Shown in pieces: positions 34,469 to 46,000 of a stretch of DNA of 64,000 nt. A model generated the notes under the pieces. The model searched no databases and was not told where the DNA came from. It saw only the letters and a list, made by a program, of their open reading frames with translations. The DNA lies in assembly GCA_030390025.1 (NCBI GenBank), contig CM059432.1, positions 146,322,001 to 146,386,000 of the forward strand. Reading direction: 5' to 3'. The stretch comes from Squalus acanthias (taxonomy: Eukaryota). Each line of letters begins with the position of its first letter. Position 1 is the first letter of the stretch. The position numbers were made by a program, and so were the translations under genes.

Positions 34469-34979
34469 GGGGTAAAAATTCAGTTGGTTGCGCCTCCCGT
34501 TAGCGCCTTAAGAGGGCGCTAATGGGGCGCAAAGCCGCTAACGCCCGGGCGCAGCGATGTTTGCGCCGCTCGGGAACTTAACTTGAGATTGTGCGGCGGC
34601 GCTAAAACTTACCGCTGCGACCACCTGCGCGCGCAGATTGTGACGTCATTCCATGGTGCAACGCCCTTGTGGCGCCCCGGAGCGGAAATTGAGTGGCGCC
34701 CCCTGCCTTACCGCCTGGCGCTTCCAACGACCGGAAGACTGGAACGCTATCAATCGCTGTGGGGCTGGGGGGGGCGCTATTTAAAGGGGGCCTCTTCCTG
34801 TCTTTTTCTGTGGTCGACATTTTTGCACCACTCGTTCTGAGAGAGAGAGAGAGATTCGGAGAGAGAGAAAGAGAGACTTCTACATTGACTCAACGCTTTG
34901 TGAGGTAGTTTTGCCTATTGATCCTAACTTTGCTGCTACTTTAGTTGCTGTCCTTCATTACTTTGCTTGCAAAGAGAAT

Positions 34980-36140
34980 ATGGGGGCTGCACTGATTGGG
35001 GGCGTCGTCCTGCTCCAGCTGAATCGGAGGATACAGAGACGCAGAGAGAGAGTGGCAATGATGGCCAGACGGAGGAGGGCCATCAGGCATATGTACAGGA
35101 GAGCTTACCCTCCCAGGGTATATCGTGAACAGCTCTCCTACATCCATATGTCCGAGGAGCTGTGTTTGCGAAGGCTGCGATTCAGCAAGGAGGTGGTCAC
35201 TGAGCTCTGCCACCTGCTGCAGCCAGATCTGCAGCCTCAACTGAGGTCCAGGACGTCTCTGTCGGTGGCAGTGAAGGTCACAGTGGCTTTGAACTTTTAC
35301 GCCACTGGCTCATTTCAAGCTGCTGCTGGGGACCTCGCCAATATCTCCCAGTTCGCGGTGCATTGCTGCATCCGGCAGGTCACAAATGCCCTCTTCAGAA
35401 GGAGACGAGAGTTCATCTCTTTCCCCATGACCCCAGACAAGCAGCGTGACCGCGCTCTGGGCTTTGCGAGGGTAGCGGGCTTCCCCATGGTGCAGGGCGC
35501 CATTGACTGCACGCATGTGGCTTTGCGTGCTCCGCGTGAGAATGCCGAGGAATTCAGGAACAGAAAGGGGTTCCATTCCTTGAATGTCCAGTTGGTCTGT
35601 GACCACAGACAGCTGATACTCGCTGTCAATGCCCAGTATCCTGGCAGCTGCCACGATGCTTTTATCCTGCGCCAGACTACTGTGGCAGAACTTTTCGAGG
35701 CACCGCATCAGCCAGTTGGTTGGCTTCTCGGGGACAAGGGGTATGCATTGAGCACCTGGCTGATGACACCGCTCCATACGCCCAACACCCCTGCTGAGCT
35801 GCGGTACAATGAGAGCCATCAAGCTACCAGGAACATTATTGAGCGCACAATCGGCGTGCTGAAGCAACGGTTCCGCTGTCTGGACCATTCCGGAGAAGCC
35901 CTGCAGTACTCGCCTGAGCGAGTATCGAACTTCGTAGTCGTGTGCTGCATGTTGCATAACATGGCAATCCTCAGGACCCAGCCAATGCCACCAGGCCTTG
36001 GAGCACCACCAGAGGAGGAGGAGGAAGAGGAGGAAGAGGACGAGGACGATGATCATCAGCAGCACCAAGGCAGGAGGGCGGCCCACAATGGTCAAACTGC
36101 AAGGGCCGTCCGTCAACGGCTAATAGCAAGCCGCTTCTAG
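34980..36140 (+). CDS. Harbinger DDE transposase (HARBI1-like), 386 aa from ATG 34980
   Basis: GAIDCTHV, NRKGFHSLNVQLVCD, YPGSCHD, LLGDKGY and RNIIERTIGVLKQRF; acidic C-terminal tract; no stops; TATTTAAA at 34778. Confidence 0.94.
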   Translation: MGAALIGGVVLLQLNRRIQRRRERVAMMARRRRAIRHMYRRAYPPRVYREQLSYIHMSEELCLRRLRFSKEVVTELCHLLQPDLQPQLRSRTSLSVAVKVTVALNFYATGSFQAAAGDLANISQFAVHCCIRQVTNALFRRRREFISFPMTPDKQRDRALGFARVAGFPMVQGAIDCTHVALRAPRENAEEFRNRKGFHSLNVQLVCDHRQLILAVNAQYPGSCHDAFILRQTTVAELFEAPHQPVGWLLGDKGYALSTWLMTPLHTPNTPAELRYNESHQATRNIIERTIGVLKQRFRCLDHSGEALQYSPERVSNFVVVCCMLHNMAILRTQPMPPGLGAPPEEEEEEEEEDEDDDHQQHQGRRAAHNGQTARAVRQRLIASRF

Positions 36141-36434
36141 GGCCCCTGCCATTGCTACAAACACGAATCAACCCAGCACGCAACCCCTAAGCCGGCCAAG
36201 GCACCAATAATTCCAACCACCAGCCATGTATATTTTGAATACAGAAACTTATTTATTTTACAAACTCTGTGTGTGTCAATTCCTCATGACAAACTCATAG
36301 AAATAAACACAAAAAAACAGTCAATAACATAACTGGTTCTCACAACCTGGAGATAATGTCCAAAACACTAAACAAAAGTTGGACCACGAACCTCGACCTT
36401 TAATAAAAAAATGACCAGCATTTTGTCACACCTC

Positions 36435-38311
36435 CTACTTTTTGCCCTTCGAGGGTGATCTCCTTCCCTTGCGCACTTCCCCCCTTCTAACCCTACTGCT
36501 CCTCCGTAATGGGACCTCAGTGGCTGCAGCAAGGCTGGTGGAAGGCTGCTGCTCGTCAGACCCTGACACTGCAGATGCCCCTGAAGGACGGCCTCGACCA
36601 GTTCTGGGCCTGGAGGGCCCGGCTGCAGACTGCACCAACTCTGCATGGGCGGCAGCAGTCTGTCCTACAGGCGGTGGCAAGTGCAGTGGAGAAGTGACAG
36701 TGTTGGCAGCAGGAATGCTGTCATCGTGAGAGAGGACAGCAACTCCCTGCTTGCCCGACACACTGGCACTCCCACGGGGCAGCACTTCAGCATCCGGAGC
36801 AATCTGCCGGAGAACAGATTGCTGGCCTGCTGCGGCGCGGTGACAGCCCCGGGGACATGTGCACGAACCATCGAGGTTGGCAGCAGTCTGTGCTCGCGTG
36901 GCCTCAATCTGAGTCTGTATGAGAGCAGTCAGAGATGGGATCACGGCAGCCAGTGACTGAATTGCAGCACTAAGCGTTAGTGTGGCATCCGCCTGTGCTA
37001 CAGCGAAGTGCTCCACACTCCTTGCCAGTGACTCAATGCATTCGGGCACCCTTCCCACTGCACCCATGAGCTCAGTGTGCATGCCCACCGCCTGGGTGTT
37101 CATTTCTGCGATCAGCCGCTCCTCCTCTGCGTCCATTGCAGTAGGAGTGTCTGGCATACTCTCCCTCTGGGGAGAAGGCCCCCGTTCTTCCCTACCCCCC
37201 CCATGGCGTTGCTGCAGCCCGCTGGGTCCTGGAGCTTCACCCTCATCAGACCCTTCCCCCCTGCTCCCCTCCAGGGAAGGCGTGTTCCCAGTGTGGGCAT
37301 GGGCTTCCTCGGGAGAGGGTGGCACTGATGCTCCGGCTTCCTCTTCCTCCTCGGCTGCAGCATCACTCCCAGTGGCAGCTTCAGGGCCCGTCTCCTCAGC
37401 TGGTGAATCACCATCTGAAAGCAGGGAGGTACAAGAGTGGCTTTAGCGTGAGGACAGGGTGGCAGTAAGGGAGGAATAAGTGCAGCGAGTTAGCAAGTTG
37501 GATTGAAAGTGTCAAAGGCTGGTGTTGTGAGGGACAAGTGGAAGGACAGAGGACAAAAAGGTGATGACCTTACCATTACTGTCCAGAACGGGGTCGGCGT
37601 CTCCAGTGGCGACGGGACCGATCACCCGGCTTGCCACAATCCTGTGGACGCGCTCCTCCAGATCGCTGAGAGGTTGCAGCTGAGGCCGCCCTCCACCTGT
37701 CCGTTGCTGCTGTCTCCGATTATGCGCCAGCTTGGCCTGTAAGAAAAAGGACAGCATCTGAGTAAATATACAGCCATGGTCTTGCCTGATGTGCCTCCCA
37801 TAGGTGAATAGCCCTTACTGTATACAGCCATGGTCTTGCCTGATGTGCCTCCCATAGGTGAATAGCCCTTACTGTATGCAGCCATGGTCTTGCCTGATGT
37901 GCCTCCCATAGGTGAATAGCCCTTACTGTATGCAAAGTGTGGAATGTGTGTGTGTGTTTCATGAGAGGGCCATAGGTGTTGGATGAGTGCTGTGCATTGG
38001 GGTTTTAAGACCCTCTGGCCATAGAGTGAGGTTGAGATGGAGGGATGGAGAGGTATTGAGAAAAAGCCACTCACCCTGACGACCCGAGTGAGGTCGTTGA
38101 ACTTTTTGCGGCATTGAGTATGAGTCCTGGGCACCATGCTCCTGGAGGAGACGCTCTGAGCCACCTCCCTCCACACTCTTCTGAACTCGCGTGGCAAAGG
38201 CCTCCTGCCACTCTCAGGGAAGAGCATACATCGTCTGCGCTCCACCGCGCCAACCAGAGCATCCAAGGCCCGCTCGGTGAAGCGATGAGCGCGTTCTCTC
38301 ACCCTCTCCAT
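36435..38311 (-). CDS. Harbinger Myb/SANT-like DNA-binding protein, three exons (38311-38075, 37736-37574, 37414-36435), predicted 459 aa
   Basis: Exon 1 RFTERALDALV...VWREVAQSV...QCRKKFNDL; GT-AG introns of phase 0 and 1 join in frame; RTGGG motif; basic C-terminus. Confidence 0.85.
37771..37932. repeat. 3 x 54-bp tandem repeat in Myb gene intron 1
   Basis: CAGCCATGGTCTTGCCTGATGTGCCTCCCATAGGTGAATAGCCCTTACTGTATR repeated three times. Confidence 0.95.
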
Positions 38312-39720
38312 GCTTGGCAGCAAAATGGATTCACAGGTCTCTCCAGGCCGAGATTCAAGGCTGCAATGAGCTGGGTGTGGCTGGGGAGCAAGTTGGCCCC
38401 CCCTGCTTTAAGAAGTGGCCGGCGCCAGTGAGTCTGTGTTCCCTCGCTAACTGGCAGCAGCTGCGCTGCGCTCGCGCGCTGAGTTAGCGCCTCACTCCTT
38501 GGCCTTTGCGCCTTAAGACAGGTGTGCAGCGCCTGCTTTAGCGCTCCACTCACCTCCCGGGGCGGTAAAAGTGAAGTTTCCAGTCAGTGCCGATAATTAG
38601 CGCCAGGCGCTAATATTTGCGTCCAGACGATATTTGCGCCCCAAATGGGGCGCGACCTAATTTCTACCCCTCAATGTTTTCAAGGGGAGACTGGATCGGC
38701 ACTTGAGGGAAATAAACTTGCAGGGCTACGGGGATAGAGCGGGGGAATGGGACTGACTGGATTGGTCTACAGAGAGCCGGCACGGACTCGATGGACTGAA
38801 TGGCCTCCTTCTGTGCCGTTATGACTATGACTCCTATTCCTTCAGCTTGCTGGAGTCGGTTTAATATCAAGTTTTCATTCATCAGAAGTATTTTTACAAC
38901 TACATTCACCTGATTCTTGCTAGCCTTGTGCCACTTGCCAATTTTAACAGGATTCTGGCCAGCCTGAGCCTCATTTAAATTCAAACATCGGAGTCTGATG
39001 TCATAATTTAGACTCAATTATATTTTAACGCGGGGCAGCCGCGTTCAGCACCTAGTGCCGGTCTCACCAGGATCACTGGCTCAAAGGAGCAGAAGGTCCA
39101 GAGAAGGGCCAAAAATGCCCCACAAAGAAATCGGGGGATACCCACCCACAATCCCTATGCCCCCCCCCGCATCACTTACCTGACTGCTGGGGACCGTCTC
39201 CGCGAGTCCCCAGCTGTGGCCTCCTGCCTGCGATCTTCCGCTCCAGCCCAGTAATGCATCTGGCTGGGTTTGGGCGAGACTCCGTGAAGGTTCCGGTAAT
39301 GAGGCCTGACCGTTAAGATCGGCCGCGCCTCCCTGCCCCTGCACTTCCCAGGTGCGTTGCCTGCTTCAGTCCTCATGCCGCTCCTTTAAAAAGAGAAGCT
39401 GAATTTATGCCTGCAAATGAAAGAGGAGGAGGCCAAAGATAGATCCTTGGGCACTCTGGAGATTATCGTGCAGGGGAGGGAATATACGCCATTTGTTGCA
39501 GATGTACTGGCCACTTTCAGATAGGTAGAAGTGTAATTGTGCAAGATCAGTACCATGGAGCTAGGCAGTGGAAGAGAGGCGATTGGGGAAAGAGTTAGTG
39601 TGGTCACCATAGGGTGGGGAGGTCAAGAGGACAAGGAGAGATAGCACTCCATGGTCACAGTCACAGAGGATGTCATTCATTACTTTTGCCATGAAATGAC
39701 CCTATATGTGCCTCACTGAC

Positions 39721-40000
39721 CATAGAAACATAGAAAAAATAGGAGCAGGAGTAGGCCATTCGGCCCTTCGAGCCTGCTCCGCCATTCAATATGATCATTG
39801 CTGATCCTCTATCTTAATACCATTTTCCCGCTCTCTCCCCATACTCCTTGACACCTTTTGCGTCCAGAAATCTACCTATCTCCTTCTCAAATATATTCAG
39901 TGACTTGGCCTCCACAGCCTTCTGTGGTAGAGAATTCCACAGGTTCACCACCCACTGAGTGAAGAAATTTCTCCTCATCTCAGTCCTAAATGTCCTACCC
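39721..40000 (-). mobile_element. CR1 LINE 3' fragment abutting the satellite
   Basis: (CATAGAAA)n tail and reverse complement of the CR1 ORF2 C-terminus. Confidence 0.9.
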
Positions 40001-43000
40001 TGGTGCCAGTCTCCATCTTTCTCTCTCTGTAACGATTGCCTGGTGTCTGTCTATATCTCTCTCTGTAACGATTGCCTGGTGTCTGTCTCCATCTCTCTCT
40101 CTGTAACGATTGCCTGGTGTCTGTCTCCATCTCTCTCTCTGTAATGATTGCCTGGTGTCTTTCTCCATCTCTCTCTCTCCAACGATTGCCTGGTGTCTGT
40201 CTCCATCTCTCTCTCTCTAACGATTGCCTGGTGCCTGTCTCCATCTCTCTCTCTGTAATGATTGCCTGGTGTCTGTCTCCATCTCTCTCTCTGTAATGAT
40301 TGCCTGGTGTCTATCTCCATCTCTCTCTCTGTAATGATTGCCTGGTGCCTGTCTATATCTCTCTCTCTGTAACGATTGCCTGGTGCCTGTCTATATCTCT
40401 CTCTCTGTAACGATTGCCTGGTGTCTGTCTATATCTCTCTCTCTGTAATGATTGCCTGGTGTCTATCTCCATCTCTCTCTCTGTAATGATTGCCTGGTGT
40501 CTGTCTCCATCTCTCTCTCTGTAATGATTGCCTGGTGCCTGTCTATATCTCTCTCTCTGTAACGATTGCCTGGTGCCTGTCTCCATCTCTCTCTCTGTAA
40601 TGGTTGCCTGGTGTCTGTCTCCATCTCTCTCTCTGTAATGATTGCCTGGTGCCTGTCTCCATCTCTCTCTCTGTAATGGTTGCCTGGTGTCTGTCTCCAT
40701 CTCTCTCTCTGTAATGATTGCCTGGTGTCTGTCTCCATCTCTCTCTCTGTAATGATTGCCTGGTGTCTGTCTCCATCTCTCTCTCTGTAATGGTTGCCTG
40801 GTGTCTGTCTCCATCTCTCTCTGTGTAACGATTGCCTGGTGTCTGTCTATATCTCTCTCTCTGTAATGATTGCCTGGTGTCTGTCTCCGTCTCTCTCTCT
40901 GTAACGATTGCCTGGTGCCTGTCTATATCTCTCTCTCTGTAATGATTGCCTGGTGTCTGTCTCCATCTCTCTCTCTGTAACGATTGCCTTTTGCCTGTCT
41001 ATATCTCTCTCTCTGTAATGATTGCCTGGTGTCTATCTCCATCTCTCTCTCTGTAACGATTGCCTGGTGCCTGTCTATATCTCTCTCTCTGTAATGATTG
41101 CCTGGTGTCTGTCTCCATCTCTCTCTCTGTAATGATTGCCTGGTGCCTGTCTATATCTCTCTCTCTGTAATGATTGCCTGGTGTCTGTCTCCATCTCTCT
41201 CTCTGTAACGATTGCCTGGTGCCTGTCTATATCTCTCTCTCTGTAATGATTGCCTGGTGTCTGTCTCCATCTCTCTCTCTGTAATGATTGCTTGGTGCCT
41301 GTCTATATCTCTCTCTCTGTAATGATTGCCTGGTGTCTGTCTCCATCTCTCTCTCTGTAACGATTGCCTGGTGCATGTCTCCATCTCTCTCTCTGTAACG
41401 ATTGCCTGGTGCCTGTCTCCATCTCTCTCTCTGTAATGGTTGCCTGGTGTCTGTCTCCATCTCTCTCTCTGTAATGATTGCCTGGTGTCTGTCTCCATCT
41501 CTCTCTCTGTAATGATTGCCTGGTGTCTGTCTCCATTTCTCTCTGTGTAGCGATTGCCTGGTGCCTGTCTCCATCTCTCTCTCTGTAACGATTGCCTGGT
41601 GCCTGTCTCCATCTCTCTCTCTGTAATGATTGCCTGGTGTCTGTCTCCATCTCTCTCTCTGTAACGATTGCCTGGTGTCTGTCTCCGTCTCTCTCTCTGT
41701 AACGATTGCCTGGTGTCTGTCTATGTCTCTCTCTCTCTAACGATTGCCTGGTGTCTGTCTCCATCTCTCTCTCTGTAATGATTGCCTGGTGTCTGTCTCC
41801 ATCTCTCTCTCTCTCTAACGATTGCCTGGTGTATGTCTATATCTCTCTCTCTCTGTAATGATTGCCTGGTGTCTGTCTCCATCTCTCTCTCTGTAATGAT
41901 TGCCTGGTGTCTGTCTCCATCTCTCATTCTGTAACGATTGCCTGGTGTCTGTCTCCATCTCTCTCTCTGTAATGATTGCCTGGTGCCTGTCTCCATCTCT
42001 CTCTCTGTAACGATTGCCTGGTGCCTGTCTCCATCTCTCTCTGTGTAACGATTGCCTGGTGTCTGTCTCCATCTCTCTCTCTAACGATTGCCTGGTGTCT
42101 GTCTCCATCTCTCTCTCTAACGATTGCCTGGTGTCTGTCTCCATCTCTCTCTCTGTAATGATTGCCTGGTGCCAGTCTCCATCTCTCTCTCTGTAACGAT
42201 TTCCTGGTGTCTGTCTCCATCTCTCTCTCTGTAACGATTGCCTGTTGTCTGTCTCCATCTCTCGCTCTCTAACGATTGCCTGGTGTCTGTCTCCATCTCT
42301 CTCTCTAACGATTGCCTGGTGTCTGTCTCCATCTCTCTCTCTGTAACGATTGCCTGGTGTCTGTCTATATCTCTCACTCTGTAATGATTGCCTGGTGCCT
42401 GTCCCCATCTCTCTCTCTGTAATGGTTGCCTGGTGTCTGTCTCCATCTCTCTCTCTGTAATGATTGCCTGTTGTCTGTCTATATCTCTCTCTCTGTAATG
42501 ATTGCCTGGTGTCTGTCTCCATCTCTCTCTGTGTAGCGATTGCCTGGTGCCTGTCTCCATCTCTCTCTCTGTAACGATTGCCTGGTGCCTGTCTCCATCT
42601 CTCTCTCTGTAACGATTGCCTGGTGCCTGTCTCCATCTCTCTCGCTGTAATGGTTGCCTGGTGTCTGTCTCCATCTCTCTCTCTGTAATGATTGCCTGGT
42701 GTCTGTCTCCATCTCTCTCTCTGTAATGATTGCCTGGTGTCTGTCTCCATCTCTCTCTGTGTAGCAATTGCCTGGTGCCTGTCTCCATCTCTCTCTCTGT
42801 AACGATTGCCTGGTGCCTGTCTCCATCTCTCTCTCTGTAATGATTGCCTGGTGTCTGTCTCCATCTCTCTCTCTGTAACGATTGCCTGGTGTCTGTCTCC
42901 GTCTCTCTCTCTGTAACGATTGCCTGGTGTCTGTCTATGTCTCTCTCTCTCTAACGATTGCCTGGTGTCTGTCTCCATCTCTCTCTCTGTAATGATTGCC

Positions 43001-46000
43001 TGGTGTCTGTCTCCATCTCTCTCTCTCTCTAACGATTGCCTGGTGTCTGTCTATATCTCTCTCTCTCTGTAATGATTGCCTGGTGTCTGTCTCCATCTCT
43101 CTCTCTGTAATGATTGCCTGGTGTCTGTCTCCATCTCTCTCTCTGTAACGATTGCCTGGTGTCTGTCTCCATCTCTCTCTCTGTAACGATTGCCTGGTGC
43201 CTGTCTCCATCTCTCTCTGTGTAACGATTGCCTGGTGCCTGTCTCCATCTCTCTCTCTGTAATGATTGCCTGGTGTCTGTCTCCATCTCTCTCTCTAACG
43301 ATTGCCTGGTGTCTGTCTCCATCTCTCTCTCTAACGATTGCCTGGTGTCTGTCTCCATCTCTCTCTCTGTAATGATTGCCTGGTGCCAGTCTCCATCTCT
43401 CTCTCTGTAACGATTTCCTGGTGTCTGTCTCCATCTCTCTCTCTGTAACGATTGCCTGTTGTCTGTCTCCATCTCTCTCTCTCTAACGATTGCCTGGTGT
43501 CTGTCTCCATCTCTCTCTCTAACGATTGCCTGGTGTCTGTCTCCATCTCTCTCTCTGTAACGATTGCCTGGTGTCTGTCTATGTCTCTCTCTCTGTAATG
43601 ATTGCCTGGTGCCTGTCCCCATCTCTCTCTCTGTAATGGTTGCCTGGTGTCTGTCTCCATCTCTCTCTCTGTAATGATTGCCTGGTGTCTGTCTATATCT
43701 CTCTCTCTGTAATGATTGCCTGGTGTCTGTATCCATCTCTCTCTCTGTAACGATTGCCTGGTGCCTGTCTCCATCTCTCTCTCTGTAACGATTGCCTGGT
43801 GCCTGTCTCCATCTCTCTCTCTGTAATGGTTGCCTGGTGTCTGTCTCCATCTCTCTCTCTGTAATGATTGCCTGGTGTCTGTCTCCATCTCTCTCTCTGT
43901 AATGATTGCCTGGTGTCTGTCTCCATCTCTCTCTGTGCAGCGATTGCCTGGTGCCTGTCTCCATCTCTCTCTCTGTAACGATTGCCTGGTGCCTGTCTCC
44001 ATCTCTCTCTCTGTAACGATTGCCTGGTGCCTGTCTCCATCTCTCTCTCTGTAATGGTTGCCTGGTGTCTGTCTCCATCTCTCTCTCTGTAATGATTGCC
44101 TGGTGTCTGTCTCCATCTCTCTCTCTGTAATGATTGCCTGGTGTCTATCTCCATCTCTCTCTGTGTAGTGATTGCTGGTGCCTGTCTCCATCTCTGTCTC
44201 TGTAACGATTGCCTGGTGCCTGTCTCCATCTCTCTCTCTGTAATGATTGCCTGGTGTCTGTCTCCATCTCTCTCTCTGTAACGATTGCCTGGTGTCTGTC
44301 TCCGTCTCTCTCTCTGTAACGATTGCCTGGTGTCTGTCTATGTCTCTCTCTCTCTAACGATTGCCTGGTGTCTGTCTCCATCTCTCTCTCTGTAATGATT
44401 GCCTGGTGTCTGTCTCCATCTCTCTCTCTCTGTTACGATTGCCTGGTGTCTGTCTATATCTCTCTCTCTGTAATGATTGCCTGGTGTCTGTCTCCATCTC
44501 TCTCTCTGTAATGATTGCCTGGTGTCTGTCTCCATCTCTCTCTCTGTAACGATTGCCTGGTGTCTGTCTCCATCTCTCTCTCTGTAACAATTGCCTGGTG
44601 CCTGTCTCCATCTCTCTCTCTGTAACGATTGCCTGGTGCCTGTCTCCATCTCTCTCTGTGTTACGATTGCCTGGTGCCTGTCTCCAACTCTCTCTCTGTA
44701 ATGATTGCCTGGTGTCTGTCTCCATCTCTCTCTCTGTGACGATTGCCTGGTGTCTGTCTCCATCTCTCTCTCTCTAATGATTGCCTGGTGTCTGTCTCCA
44801 TCTCTCTCTCTAACGATTGCCTGGTGTCTGTCTCCATCTCTCTCTCTAACGATTGCCTGGTGTCTGTCTCCATCTCTCTCTCTGTAATGATTGCCCGGTG
44901 CCAGTCTCCATCTCTCTCTCTGTAACGATTTCCTGGTGTCTGTCTCCATCTCTCTCTCTGTAACGATTGCCTGTTGTCTGTCTCCATCTCTCTCTCTCTA
45001 ACGATTGCCTGGTGTCTGTCTCCATCTCTCTCTCTAACGATTGCCTGGTGTCTGTCTCCATCTCTCTCTCTGTAACGATTGCCTGGTGTCTGTCTATATC
45101 TCTCTCTCTGTAATGATTGCCTAGTGCCGGTCTCCATCTCTCTCTCTGTAATGGTTGCCTGGTGTCTGTCTCCATCTCTCTCTCTGTAATGATTGCCTGG
45201 TGTCTGTCTATATCTCTCTCTCTGTAATGATTGCCTGGTGTCTGTCTCCATCTCTCTCTCTATAACGATTGCCTGGTGTCTGTCTCCATCTCTCTCTCTG
45301 TACCGATTGCCTGGTGTCTGTCTCCATCTCTCTCTCTCTCTCTAACGATTGCCTGGTGTCTGTCTATCTCTCTCTCTCTGTAACGATTGCCTGGTGTCTG
45401 TCTCCATCTCTCTCTCTGTAATGATTGCCTGGTGTCTGTCTCCATCTCTCTCTCTCTGTAATGATTGCCTGGTGTCTGTCTATATCACTCTCTCTGTAAC
45501 GATTGCCTAGTGTCTGTCTCCATCTCTCTCTCTGTAATGATTGCCTGGTGTCTGTCTCCATCTCTCTCTCTCTTAATGATTGCCTGGTGCCTGTCTCCAT
45601 CTCTCTCTCTGTAATGATTGCCTGGTGTCTGTCTCCATCTCTCTCTCTGTAACGATTGCCTGGTGTCTGTCTCCATCTCTCTCTCTGTAATGATTGCCTG
45701 GTGTCTGTCTCCATCTCTCTCTCTGTAACGATTGCCTGGTGTCTGTCTCCATCTCTCTCTCTGTAACGATTGCCTGGTGTCTGTCTCCATCTCTCTCTCT
45801 CTAACGATTGCCTGGTGTCTGTCTCCATCTCTCTCTCTGTAACGATTGCCTGGTGTCTGTCTCCATCTCTCTCTCTGTAATGATTGCCTGGTGTCTGTCT
45901 ATATCTCTCTCTCTGTAACGGTTGCCTGGTGTCTGTCTATATCTCTCTCTCTGTAATGATTGCCTGGTGTCTGTCTCCATCTCTCTCTAACGATTGCCTG

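Larger units (their letters stand above)
34469..38670 (+). mobile_element. Apparently autonomous PIF/Harbinger DNA transposon (4202 bp), TSD TCA
   Basis: TIRs GGGGTAAAAATT / AATTTCTACCCC; TCA at 34466-34468 and 38671-38673; two convergent open genes. Confidence 0.95.

Noticed and set aside
34980..36140. Domesticated host gene HARBI1
   Set aside because: The ORF sits between TIRs with a TSD, next to a Myb partner, inside a LINE fragment; it is a transposon.
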